The notes beneath the pieces are model-generated. The model was not told the origin of the DNA, searched no databases, and saw only the letters and a program-made list of their open reading frames with translations. 64,000 nt of DNA, taken from assembly GCA_016748015.1 (NCBI GenBank), contig JAAOMT010000522.1, positions 1 to 64,000 on the forward strand, written 5' to 3'. Positions 39,588-53,620 of this stretch are shown piece after piece; positions within the stretch are counted from its first letter, which is position 1; every line of letters begins with the position of its first letter. The DNA is from Geosiphon pyriformis uo1 (lineage: Eukaryota > Fungi > Glomeromycota). Position numbers and translations under genes: made by a program.

Positions 39588-42500
39588 CTACGCAGCTATA
39601 TAGACAGAAGCTGAATCACCAATGCTGGAAAAAAACATACAAGACTTGTGAAAACCAAAATGCACACCAAAAGCTTCATCAATACCAAGCAAATCAACCA
39701 CACCAGCAGAAAGCCATGAAGTCAAACCAGAGACTGAAGTAGGAGACAAACCATCCAAAGGAATCAGTCCGTGCTTTTCCATATAGGTATGGTGTTTAAC
39801 CCAAACCAACCAGATCTCATCTTTAAAAGCAAGGCCAAGAGAACACGCAAAATTAATAACCTCCAAACATGCCACTTTGGGATTATGGAAGATGGAGACA
39901 GTTTCACTGAACCATTTATCAAAAACAAAACTCTTATGGAGGGCCATGGATACTGAGGACCCTGAAACACAAGACGACAACAACTGCAACAAAACCGAAG
40001 AAGAGACAGAAGAACCAGAAAGTGTTTTCCAAGTGTTCATGTGAGAATTCAACAACCGACACTGAGCAGAATTATTGACCTTACAAGAAAAAACATGATC
40101 TGACATCTTTACATCACCACAATATAGACACAACACATTGGGATAAAGTCTATTATAAAGCCATTTTCGAACAGCCATAGGCAACTGATGATGCAAAGCC
40201 TTCATAAAATAAAAGCGCGCATTAGCTGAAATCTTACTAGTGAAACTGGTGGCCATATGCAAATCAGGATGCCACACCAAAGAAGAGTGGGACCAATCAA
40301 CATCAACATACAAGTCAACAGGCAAAAATTTAGAATCAGATCCCACCTTCCAATGTGCATGACACATGGCATGAAAAGTGTTACGGACGAAGTGCCTTGA
40401 ATTGTCAGAGACAACGTTGCCATCAGCCATCAAAAAGTGTTCATCCAGGTGAGGAGGAAGAAACTAGTCAGAAACAGAAACAGCATTGGCAATTACATCA
40501 GCATGCTCGTTTCCCAAAATCTCAGAATGATCTTTGACTTTGTGCCAGTTAACTTTTAGGCCCTTATTGTATATGACATTGGCAATGTGCTGATGCTCAA
40601 CCCAACACTGATTATAGAAATCAGGAACCACCAGACCCAATTCCGATTTGTAAGCATCCAAAGCAGATTGACTATCCAAAAATAAATGTACATTACTAAA
40701 AACAGGAACACACTCGAAAGCCAATGCAATTGTCTGTAACTCAGCCATGGTAGATGACATCAATCCAGACATGCCAACACCCAAACCCATACCAATGTCC
40801 TCGAAAAAAGCCACAGCACCCACTTCACAGCCAACTGTACCCAAATTTCTCAATGACTCATCAGTGTAGACTGATAGCACCCTTGCATTGACTTGTAAAA
40901 GACGATCGTAGACAGACACAAAACCAGAGGAACTCAGAATGTTCAAGGGACCAATATTAGCAAGAAGAGGGATGCGGGCAGGAGAGGAATCCTCTCTAGT
41001 AAGAAACACAGCAGAAAGTCTAAACCACTCAGGAATAGGGCCATGGGGGTCCAGTTTCTTCCATTGCTTAAATGTGGACCAATCAAAGACAGTACCATAA
41101 TAATCACAAAGTTGGTCTACAAAGACCACATCATACCGCCGAAGTAAGGGGAGACACCTAGAGAAAACTGATTCACCCAAAACAGTCGACATGGGCATCC
41201 CACCATTGGCACAAAAGGAATTGGGAAAAGATCCACCCAAGAACAATTTGCAATTATAAAGCACACAAACCAAACCTGCCAAAAAATTATTAGAGGCGCT
41301 AATATGAATACAAACAGGAGAACTCAACAGATAAATAGGGCGCCAACATAAAACCTGCAGGTCATGAGACCTATAAGAAAACAAACGTCCCACAATCCTA
41401 CCAGAGTTGGCAAAATTAATAAGAGAAGCAATCTTGCCTTCAGACTGAATTTGCAGGAAAAATCTTAAACCATAAAAAGAGGGGTGGTGAATTGAATCAC
41501 TAGAAAAATTGAGCAGAAGTCCAGATTTAAGCTTCAGGCCCTTACAAATCATAGCATCCCACTTGTTGCAAATGTCTATAAGAACAAAGCTAAATTGTGT
41601 CCTGTAGCTAATTATAGGTTGGAAAACCACTGAAACCAAATATAAGAACTGCTTATCTAAGATAGCCTTTTTAAGAACCAAATTTGTAAAAAAACAAATG
41701 TCTAAATGTGCCTTAGCTAAACTGGGTTTAGAAAGATCTTTAGTTAACAGAAATATGCCCAAATACCAATGGAATTTATCTTTTTTGGCAACAGAGATAG
41801 GAGAACCACTAATGAAAAAAGCGGGGTTTTCAACTTTACAATTAATAGGAATAGCTACTGTTTTGTCATTGTTTATTGAGATGTCATTAATCCGAAAAAA
41901 CTCGCTAGTAATGTCCGAAATGTGTTGAGTTGCACTCTGACTACTGCCAACCCAAATTGTATCATCAACAAAGGCGCCAGTGGCAAAATAGGAAGAAAGC
42001 CCAGCTTGCAATTTGACATGACCACTCTTGGAAACAAAATGAGAAATTAGCCTATACCCACAGACACTCTTCTGACACTTGACTTCGCACAAAAGGGGAT
42101 CATAAAAAATGCACCACAGAAGGGGGAAAAAAACCTTTCCTTGATCTAAATCATCATGGACACAATAACCATCTGTCAAACCAAAATCTGTTATGACTCG
42201 ATTAATGCGACCTCTGTGAATGCCGCCAAAAAACCGAATAAACTTGTCACACATTTTAATTCTGACCAAACACTTCTCCAAATGCTCCCAGCCAACTGAA
42301 TCATATGCCTTCCTCATATCCTGCAAGACCAGCTAAAACTCTTTGTTCTTTTCCAAGGCATCTTCAACAACCAAACCAACTGCAAAAATGGGGGACTGTG
42401 TCGTCGTATCTTTCAAAACTGAAAAATTGTTATCACGAAGGACATCATGAGTGCTGCATACTGAAGAAATCTTGTCTAAAAGTATTTTGAAGAGAATCTT

Positions 42501-44276
42501 GTGAGCTGTCTCAATCAGTGCAATAGGACAAATATTTGTAAAAACACCCTCCCATTCATACAGTTTGGGAATCATCAAAACCCAAGCTTCTCTCCAAGAG
42601 CCAGGAACAGATTCTTCAGACAGGCAAGAGTTCAAAAGCACCAAAAGCATATTAAGGACTGAAACATTACAATGTTTCCAAAGCTTATTTGAGATACCCG
42701 AAAGGCCAGCAGCTTTGCCATCCGGCAGGTTGGAAACAACCCCAAACAATTCATCGAAGTCAATCAAACTCATTACACCAGAAAAAGCTTTGTCAAAAAT
42801 ATAACCCAAAGAATGATACTGACGAGACCACTCATCATTAACGTCGAGCACCACCCTTCACTTTCTAGTCCAGCCTTCCATAATCTCATCCACCTTAGAC
42901 TTCACAAGAGCAGGATCCAACACCATCTCATCCTCCACCACCAAATAATCTAAAACCACCTTGCGGAAGGGTCGTTCCAAAACACTACGTACAGTATAAT
43001 CTTTGTTCAACTCAAAACTTTCCATTCTTTTGTCAATTGCCGACTTAATCTGAGATTCTTTGGCATGGTTTGACTCTGACAACTTAGATAAACGGTAAAA
43101 TTTCTTTATCTTGGCCAAAGCTGAACAAATGGTATCAAAATGAGAACCTGAAAGAAAGAGAGACTCCACAACAGAAGCATTAGCAGTATCAATTCCCTTC
43201 CATGTGTCAAGTAGAGAAACAAATTCCTCATGAGAGACCAGATAAGAGGCTTTGACAATCTTCAACACCAAAAGTTCTAATTTGTAAAATCTGAATGATA
43301 CTCTATTATAGACACTGTCAAAACTCTTAAACCATTTTTTTTTGAAAACATTTTCAGCCAACAAACACACCACTTGGCGAAGGTGACTCCACATTGTGTT
43401 CAGGTCCAAACATATCTTGGCAGCATAAAATTCATCATGGAACATGGCAGCATTCGCCGAAATATCCTCTTTAAACTTGATCCAATCAGCATTACCAGCA
43501 TTCACAAAATTGTACTTCCAGCAATCCTTATTTGCCTGATTGCGCAATGAGTTCAACTGCACATCCAGCAAACCACCAAGACCCACGGAGACAAAAACAG
43601 CTTTATGATCAGTGTTAAAATACTCTTCGACACCAGATATATCACGACCCAAAATTGCGTTAACAAGACTTGACGACACAAACACATAATCAATAATTTT
43701 AGCCACCCCACAAGAATTATTCCATGTAGTTTTCCTTCCAAACACGCTTCCACTCAAAGAGTTGACCAAACCCAAATCAAAGCATTTTTTTAAGCTGGCA
43801 CTTTTGCGAGAACCATCTTCATTGAAGTCACCACCCAAGATGATGAAGGAGGACTCATTTACCGTCTTCGCGATCAAAAAATTGATATCATCCACTTGAG
43901 AGAAATGTACTGCCAAAGATGATTCAGCATATAGCCCCAAAATTGACACAGACAGCTTATTTTTGAAGAAAAGCTTAATAGAGAGAAACCAACCAAGAAT
44001 GTCTAACACCTTATACACATGCCGAGCCAAAAAATTGTTCATAATGATTGCGACCCCAGAACCCATGTGACCAGAACTCAAACCAGAAGTAAAAACCCGG
44101 ATGCCAACAAACTTGTTCATAATCCAAGAGCAAACTCCATCTTTCAACTTAGTCTCAGTAATAATTGAAATCATATTGTTCATTTCTTTATGCCAACGAA
44201 TAATATCCTCCTGTTTTGCAGGATTGTTCATACCCCTAACATTGCACGTGGCAATTTTCCAAATATAACTGGTTAT
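39588..44276 (-). pseudogene. LINE ORF2 (~1560 aa: APE endonuclease, RT, RNase H, C-terminal zinc finger), 3 in-frame stops
   Basis: Track ORFs 42858-44315, 42333-42854, 40464-42326 and 39588-40433 share one frame. Motifs: ATCNVRG, ITETKL, GGDFN, IDYVF, TDHKAV; QDMRKAYDSV, DQG, AFVDDT; YTDES, AELQ, LDSQSA, GNEHAD; CLYC..DHVFSC. Confidence 0.96.
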
Positions 44277-46181
44277 TGAAATGAAAAAAAGACCAGAGGA
44301 CCCGAACCAGCACACATCTGCTCTAACTTTGCCAAAATTGAACCAATAGAGGCATCGAGAGCAACCAACTTTGATTCCAAAACACCAATTTTAGAAGTCA
44401 GCACCTTGGAACTGCTATGACCCAATTGAGAATTATCATCACCAGAAGGGAAAGAAATGGGTTGAGTCAAAGGAACATCTAACACCATGTTGGAATCCAA
44501 GTCAGAGTTAGTCACCATGAGAGAACCAGAGACGGACGGTTGAGGAGTATCCACTAGAGGAATCATATTAGAAGAAGGAGCTATAGACACCAAACTAAGA
44601 TTGTCAAAACAAAAAAGAATGTTCGAAATTTGATCAGATAAAAGCTCTACAGAGCATTTCAGATGTGCCAAACGTGCACCCAAGGGGGCATTGACCATAG
44701 AGAGAGGAGGAAGGGTATTACCAGAACTTGAAGCACCAAAAAGCTGAGAACCAGAACCAGAGCCATCAAGAGAAACATAAGAGACCGAAGCAACTGAGAT
44801 TATTTGGGCCCAGGATTTGCCTCCAAAAGCAACAGGACGAGAGATCAGAACCTTTTTTTTAGCATATAATTTGGCCAACTGGAGACGAGTATCCAAGTTA
44901 GCAGGCTTTTTAAAAGATTTATGTGACTGAAAATCTGATGTAACCTCAGCATCACATTTCAAGGCAGAATGACCAAACTTCCCACACTGTTCACAGTAAA
45001 CCAAATCCAACCTAGCCCATGAGAGTTTCACTCCACTTAAGATTGGCTCCATGTGAAAGACTGATTCCATAGCTTCATCAGATTCAAAACATACCACAGC
45101 ACAGTGTATTTTATTGCCAGTCTCCAATGAATGATTGATGACACAAGTTTTCTCACCAGCCCCTTCCAAAAGATTCCCAAGGTCATGAGCTGTCATTCCT
45201 ACTGGCAAAGTAAACAGAAGCACCCTGAATTTATCCTTAAAAGCCCATGTCTCACAATTTCCCACAGCCTTGGCCACATGCACAGAATTTTTCCCAATTA
45301 GGAAAGACCATTTTGACACCAACAGATCAGCCTGGCTAGATTCGGCAAACTCCATCACAGCCTTCTGTCATAGCCCAATTAACTGAACTTTGATAAACAC
45401 TATCTGACCATACTTGGATACTGCAGTGATGATCATTTTCTTTGGTGTGTCCATAGAAATTTTCTTGATTACTATGGCCCGATCTGAGCGAATTTCTTGT
45501 CTCTTAAGATCGCTGTTTACTATGATGTTATTTTTCTTGGCCAATGATGTGGCCTTTTCTATGCTCTCTGATGAAATAAACGTCAATCTGATGATCCCTT
45601 CAAATTTTGAGGGAGTAGTGGCCCCCCCAAAACCGTTGATTTTTGAAAACAATTTTCTGATCAATTGAGTTTTTACAGTCGCCGATTTGCTTTCCACAGC
45701 CAAGAGATTAATATCTAATGCAAAGGATTTCCTAACAGCAACTTTCACTTGAGATTTAACAATCTTGGGATCCAATCACATTTTTTCTAAAGAAATACCA
45801 AGAAGAGGGGGGAGAGGACCACCATCATCATTATTCATGTTGTAATCTAACGAACCAAGAGGGGAGCCACAGTCCAAATTATTCTTAACTCTCTTTGCCT
45901 TAGAAGTAGTTGCAGCCAAGCCAAGAAGAGAACCATCATTACCACCAGCCAAGATGTCACTAGCAACATTGTCACTAGAATCACTTTTCATATCCGAGTA
46001 TTGACTTCCACCAGAAATAGGTTTGGCCAAAGCAGCTTTGTTTCTATCACCAGACTGATTCATATGGTGAAAGAAAATTCTTTTTTTTTGAGAGGAGAGA
46101 CCACCAACAGAACCAAAAGAAGCACCAACAGGAGCTTTCTTATTCGACATACTACTGCCAGAAGCAGCTTCTGAGTCCACA
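44273..46181 (-). pseudogene. LINE ORF1 (~635 aa; RRM-like regions, CCHC knuckle, C-terminal coiled coil), 2 in-frame stops
   Basis: Track ORFs 45776-46222, 45368-45775 and 44273-45358 share one frame. Knuckle CEQCGKFGHSALKC. Confidence 0.94.
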
Positions 46182-48936
46182 ATAAAAGAATTATTTGTAA
46201 GAGAAATGTTGAGGTACAACAAGTGAAAAACAAAAAACTACTTTTAAAATATGACTCTTTTTTAGGAATTTGGGACGAAGGAGAGAAAGAGTTTTTTTTG
46301 TTATAAAAAACTTAATATATTATTATTAGTTTTATTATTGTTATTGACAAAACAACTTCTTATTATTTCTGTTATAATATATAAAAATATTATTAGATTA
46401 AAAAAATTTTTTAATAAAAAAAATACATTGTTATTTATATAAAATAAGAATAATAATAATTAGATAAAATAGTCAATAAAAAATAAATATTATAAAAAGA
46501 AAAATTCCAAAATTTTTTTTAAGAAATTTCAAAATTTCAGAATTTGTTTAAACAAGAATTACAAAATTCTAAAATTTCAGAAATTTAATAAAAAAAATTG
46601 AAAAATTTCAAAAAATTTTATATAATAAAAATTATGTATATATAACAATAAAATTAAAAATAAGAAAAAACAAACAAATTCTTAAAAACAAATAGTTAAT
46701 AACAAATAGTTATCAAATATTTTCTCTTTAAAAAATAATTTTCTATATTTTAAAGTAAAATTATATTTATATTAATAAAATACTTATTTATTATCTAATT
46801 TATAGTATTATTAATCAATTAAAAAATACTTATTATTTTTATATTTTTAACAACTTATATTAATAGAATCTAATATTTAATCATACTAAAACTTTTAATT
46901 ATGATTATTAATAAAATACTAATTTTTTAATTTTTTTTTATCTTTTTTTGTTTTTTTTGTTATTTTTTTGTTTTTATTATTGTTTATTAATTAATTAAAA
47001 AATTAAATCTTAAGATATTAATATTAAAAATGTTTGATAAAAAATCTGTAAAACAAAAGTAAAAACTTAAAAATAGTTTATTAAAAGTATATAACTGTTA
47101 AATTAAATCATTTTTTACATTAAAAAAAAAAATTTGGAAAAAATTACTAATTAAAACTTTGCCTATTATATAAAAAACTCAACTAAAATCTTTAAATCTT
47201 AAAATTTTTAGAAATTACCAATAATATATTTAGTTATTAAACACTAAGTTATAAGTTTATTATTTGTTTCAATATCTTAAATAATTATTTATAATAATAT
47301 TTATATATAAATTACAAAAACTAAAAAAACAATTACTACTAACAATTAAAATAATGTAAAAACAATTTAAGTTTTATCTTTTTTTTAATTAAAACAGCTA
47401 ATTCATAATAATTAAGTCATATAAAAAAACCAAATGACTTTGTTGTTTTTAAATTTGCTTTTTTATAATATTTTTGTAATTTAAATATTTTTATTAAACT
47501 ATAAAATTAATTTAATATGATAAAACAAAAAAATTATAAAACTATAACCATTTATTTTAGATAATTTAATCAAATTTTCTGTTAAATTTAAGCAATTAAA
47601 AGAAACTACTATATTCTAAAACAAATTTTGAATCAGTTTATCAAAAGATTAAAAAGTAATATATTCTAATTAATAAAGTTCTACTATTTTATAAATTTAC
47701 AAAATATAGTAATATTTATTTATAATTTTAAATTGGCTAAACAAAAAGTCAATCATACCTAAATTGTTAATTTAACTATAAATAAAACTTTTAATATTAA
47801 TGTAAAGTTTATTTAATTAAGTAAAAAATTAACTTAAAAAATTGAAAAATTTTTTGTTAAAAATTTAAAACCATTTTAATTTTTATAATACTAAAAAAAT
47901 AATAGCAGTTTATAATATTAATAATAATATTATTATTAAAAATTAAAATAATTATAAAAACAAAATTTTTATAACTATTATTATTGTCAAAAATTAAAAT
48001 ATATTGTCAGAAATTAGAACATATTATTAAAAATTGCTAAAAAAATATTTAATTAATATTAAGAAAATTAATATTAAGTATAATCAAAATATATATAATT
48101 AATGAAATATTAATTTTTATTTTCTTAGTATTAACAACTCTAATACTTATCTTAATTATTACAAAATTATTATTAATATTTTTAAATAATAAAGTAATCT
48201 TAATCTTAGTATCAAATTTTTTAATTTATTAATTTAAAATCTTAAGTTATCAATTATAATTAAAAATAAAAAAACAACAAAAAAAATCAATTTTAATTTA
48301 TATTTATATTATTATGAAATATAAATTACAGTAATTTACCACTTTAAGCACTATTAAATAGATATTTTAACCAAGCTTTTATCTTGGTTTTTACAAAACT
48401 CAGAATTTTAATACTATATTTTTAAAAAAAAGCTATAGTTAAGTTCACCAATTTTTTTCTCTTAACAACAACCAAATTATTTCTAATATAATTTTTTTAA
48501 CTATAATTACTGAAGATAAAATACTTGCTACTATTTTTTTATTTAATAAAAAAAATTTAAATATCTTTAATTTTTTTAGTAAAACTGTTTTAATTAAAAT
48601 AATTTAATAATAATAATATATATTAATATCTAAACAGAATAAATAAATATTAAAATAATATTTATTAATAAATTAACTGACAAAATAATTATAAAATAAC
48701 TTATGAATTAATTAAATTACTAAGTTAATTAGTATTATCAGTTGAAATTTAAGATATTAATTAATATAAAATTAATCTTATAATTAAATTATAATGATTA
48801 ATTTTTTATTATTATGAGTTTTATGAATGAAGTCCAATTACTATCTAATACATAAAACTAAACTAAGTAGAACCAACTAAATACAACTCATACACAGACT
48901 ACATGTGGCCAGCCATTTGGACCAGACAAGACAATA

Positions 48937-51900
48937 CTACACACTTATGGAAACAAAAGCATCACTATCCAAACCAGAAAAAAACTGACACAATTGGCAT
49001 TTACCAAATCCAATAGCAAAAGATTCTATAACACTAAGCATATAGACAATACCAGCCAACAACATAAAAACCATACTACTGGACAAGCCAGAAACCACAC
49101 TATTATCCCCAATCAAGCCAGCTTTTTTTATCTCCGCTTTATGCTTAGCTCTAATAGTTCATATTCGAGTGCACTACAACTCCACTACAAATCTGATATA
49201 TTTTACAAAAGTTTGAGTAGCTTTCTTCTTTTTCTCAAAACAGCTTCAGTGTACCAATCTCTTATTACAAAAATCTTGTACATTGCTACATAAAGACTCA
49301 CATTCGAAGAACAGAACAAGAGTGAGAGCAGAATAACAGATGGAAACAAACTCGAAAAACCAGACATTAATATCTATTTTTTAGGAGCTTCAACCAAAAT
49401 GTCTCTGTGGAGACCAGAGTTACCAAAACAAGCAAAAATATGATTAGAGAACTCCACCTTGTCACATAGCAAACACAAAACACTAAGATAACTTCTGTTA
49501 TACAACCTTTTTCTAATTGCAACTAGCAGCTGCTTATAAACAGTCTTTATCAAATACATGTATAAATTGGCCGATTTTCTACTGGTGAATCCAGAAAACA
49601 TGTGTAAATCAGGATGCCAAACTGTTGCAGTAGCATTCCAATCTATTTCTTTAACCATAATATTTAGAACTATATCAAAACTCAGACCAGTCTCCCAATG
49701 GGCACAGCATATTGACTGGTATAAGTTTCAAGCAAAATGACAAACATTGTCAGAAATGGCAGTTTTCTCAGTGACCAGAAACCTTTTCTGGATTTTAACT
49801 GGCAAAGAAAAAAATGAAAAAGTAGCCTTATTAGCCAGCATGTCAACCCTTATGTTGCCTAATACATTTGAATGTCTTTTAACTTTCACCCACTTAATAA
49901 AAATATTCTTGTCTTTAAGAAGATTGACTATTTGCAATTTTATGATCCAACATTAATTATGAAAGTCAAGTATAGTTGAAGAAACCTCAGTAATACAGGC
50001 ATCGATCATAGATTGACTATCTGAGTACAAAACCACTGAGCATGAAGATAGAACACACTCCAAAGCCAACATCACAGCTTGTAGTTCAGTTAAAGTAGAG
50101 GACAAAAGTCCAGAAACTTTAACTTCAACACTTGCATTTACAGCTGGAAAGTATGTAGCTGCTCTATCTGCTGCTTCAACAGAACCAGCATGTCTCAAGG
50201 ATCTATCTGTATAAACCTTAATACAATCAGACCACATCTCCAATAGACTATCACGAATTTTAAAGAACTTATCAGAATTCAAAACACTTAACACATTCTC
50301 CCTAGTAGCAGTAGCAGCTTTGATCTCTAAAAAAACAGAATTGTTTATAAAATCAGATGTCAAAAAAAACCAGTAAGGCACAGGGCCCCTTAGGTCCAAC
50401 TGCTTCCAATGCTAAAATGTTTTCCAGTCCATCATCTTTCCTTTCTTGTTAAGAATTCTGTTACCAAAAGCAACACCAAAATGCTTCAATGAAAAAACAG
50501 ATTTGTAATACAAAGACTGACTCAGAATATCAAACATTGAAAAATTGCCAGATTCACAAAAGGCACAAGGCAAATTGTTTGCTAAAGATAATTTATTCTC
50601 CAAAAAAATCTTTACTACTCCTGCTAAAAAATTGTTTACAGAATTAACATACAGCCTAACAGAAAATTGCAAAAGATTCAAAGAAAACCATTCTAGAATT
50701 TGCAAATCCAAAAATCTATGATCAAATAAACGTCTAAAAATGCTGTGGCCATTAGAAAATAAAATCAATAATACCAGCTTTCTTTTAGATTGTACTTGCT
50801 TAAAGAGCTTCAAACTATATAAAAAAGAGTGGTGCAAAACCTTATTGGGAAAGTTATGCAGTAAACCAGCTTTAGCTCTAAGACTTTTTCTAATCATAAT
50901 ATTCCACTTATGACACATATCTAAAGTAATAAAACTGAACTGTGTATAATAGCTAACAATGAGCTGCAATACTGCCAAAACCAAATAACAGAATTGTTTG
51001 TTTATAATAGCTTTTCTTAACACTATATTAGAAAAAAATCTGACATCCTTATGGGCTTGAGCCAAACTGAGCTTAAAAAAACCCTTAATTGAAAGGAAAA
51101 TACTTAAATATTAATGTGATTCACTCTTCTTAGCAACTGAAATTGGCAATTTATTAATTAATAGCAAAGCATCCTTAATTTTCTAATTGATAGAAATTGC
51201 CACCGTCTTATCATTATTAATTAAGATATTATTAATTACAAAAAATTTACTTATAATGTTCAAAATATACTGTATAGATGTCTAACTACTTCTGACCCAA
51301 ATTGTATTATCAACAAAAGTGCCTGCAGCCAAAAAAAAAGTTTTTCTTCTACTTGTCTCAATCCTGCCAGATTTTGCTACAAACTTAGAATCAATCCTGT
51401 ATCCATATAAGTGCTCATGCCTTTTCACTTTACATAAAAGTAAATCATAAAATATTCTTTAAAGCAGTAGAAAAAAGACTTTTCTTTAATCCAACTTATA
51501 ATGTACTCTATAACCATCTGAAAGCCCAAAGTCAGTCATTACCCTGTTAATCCAGCCCTTATGAATGTTGCCAAAAAATTGAATGAAATGTTCACACATC
51601 TTAATATGATGCAAACTTGCTTGCAAATAATGCCAGCTTACCAAATTATAAGCTTTACACATATCCTACAACATTAACCAAAACTCTTTGTTTTTCTCCA
51701 AAGTATTCTCAACAACCAAGCCAATAGCAAAAATAGGAAATTGTGTTGAAGTACTTTTTAACACTAAAAAATTGTTACCATAAAGAACATTAAACTTGCT
51801 ACAAGCCAAAAATATCTGATCAAATAAAATTTTAGACAGTATTTTACGTGCTGTTTTGACTAATGCAATAGGTCTGATATTTGTCAGAACACCATTTCAC

Positions 51901-53620
51901 TCATAAGGTTTTAGAATTATTGAAACCCACACCTCTTTTCACAGATTAGGAACAGCACCCATACTCAGACACAAATTCAACAATTTCAACAAACAGACCA
52001 AAACCTCCCCACTACAATGCTTCCAAAGTTTATTAGATATTCCTGATAACCTGACCACTCTATTATTTGGCAAATTATCAACAACCAGAGCCAATTTTTT
52101 TATACCAATTTCTTTTATCACACCAGAGAAAGCATTATCATCCATATAATTCAGAGGCATATATTGTCAAGACCAAAGATCAGATATCTTTAGAAGAACT
52201 GATTGCTTTTTCGTCCACCCTTTCATAATTTTATCAATCTTAAGTTTCATTTTATTAGGCTCAATCACCAGCTTATCATCTACCACCAAGTGATCTAAAA
52301 CCATCTTGCAAAATAGATGTTCCAGAATGCTCTTTATCATCTTTTCTTTGTCAGAACAGAAGTTTTTCATATGACAATCAATTGCTTTCCTTATAGCAGC
52401 ATCTTCAACAATCTTAGACTCGCAATACTTGGACTTATGATATTTTTTTCTCATTACCGACAAATGTTTAATCAATTCCATCAAGCTTATACCATTCAAA
52501 ATCATGTTATTAATCTTGGAAGCTTCGACTACATCAATGGTCAACCAGACCTTAATAAGGCAGTTGAAATTCAGGAAATTGCCACAGTTCCAACATTTCA
52601 CAATCTTTGTAATAAGCAGCTCCAATTTAAAGAATTTGAAAGATTGTTTATTCCTCAAACAGTCATATTCACTATACCAGATCTTAGAAAAAACTGTGTT
52701 AGCAGCTTGTACTATGACTTTTTTCAACATTTTCCACATTGTATTCAAGTTACTATTAACCCTTGCCTTTTTAAACACATCTGACCTAGCCAACAATTTG
52801 GCAGAAGAGCAGTTTTCAAAGCTTAACTATTGCACATTACTTGCATTCTTTAATTTGAATTTTTATTAGTCCCGGTTGGCCTGTCTGCAAATACTAATAA
52901 GATGTGTATCCAGTAGTCCATCCAAACCAATCGAAATAGAAACTGACCTATAATTTGTATTAAAAAACCCAAACATATCATCGACAAAATACAATGCCAT
53001 AGCAGATGCCAAATTCTCACTAACTAAAATAAAATCAATCACTTTCTCAACACTTCTTGAATTGCTCCAGATAGAAGTCTTGGCCAATAAGTGTTCATCA
53101 AAAGTATTAACCAGGCCCAAACCCAAACAGAACTTAAAACTTGCACTTTTGCTAGACCTATTTTCATTAAAGTCACCACCCAAAACCACAAAAGAGCTGG
53201 AATTGACTGCTTTGGAAATCATAAAATTGATATCAGCAGCTTAATTAAATTGTGTATCAATAAATGCACCAGCGTACAGACCTAAGATCATAATTGAAAG
53301 CTTGTTTTTGAATAGAAGGCACATAAAGATCAAATGACCAGACACCTTATCCACTTTTAAAACATGCCAAGCCAAAAAATTGTTTATAATTATGGCAACT
53401 TCAATACCACAAAACCCAACATTCAAACCAGAAGTAAAAACCTAAAGTCTATCAAACTTATTTATAATCCAAGCCTAATAGCAGACCTTAATTTTGTCTC
53501 AATAACAATCAAAATCATATTTTCTGAATTCTTATGCCAATGAACAATGTCTTTCTGTTTAGCTAAATTTGTTATATCCCAGACATTGTATGTAGCCACT
53601 CTCCAAATGAGCTCACTTAT
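48937..53620 (-). pseudogene. LINE ORF2 remnant, copy 4
   Basis: VIETKL, GGDFN, VIDFIL, YTDRS..TELQAV..SDSQS, CLLCDKVEFSNHIFAC. Confidence 0.92.

Larger units (their letters stand above)
39464..46291 (-). mobile_element. LINE copy 3, full-length, best preserved
   Basis: Both ORFs lack frameshifts. (AAT)n tail. Candidate TSD tttttttattat (39452-39463) / tttttttgttat (46293-46304). Confidence 0.96.

Noticed and set aside
39480-39600. Hammerhead or HDV ribozyme in the LINE UTR
   Set aside because: The conserved catalytic core (CUGANGA...GAAA) is not present across copies; only a simple hairpin is supported.
46305-48730. Possible eroded DNA transposon (aaatttcagaa-type repeats at 46500-46620)
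   Set aside because: No TIR pair or transposase motif could be recovered.
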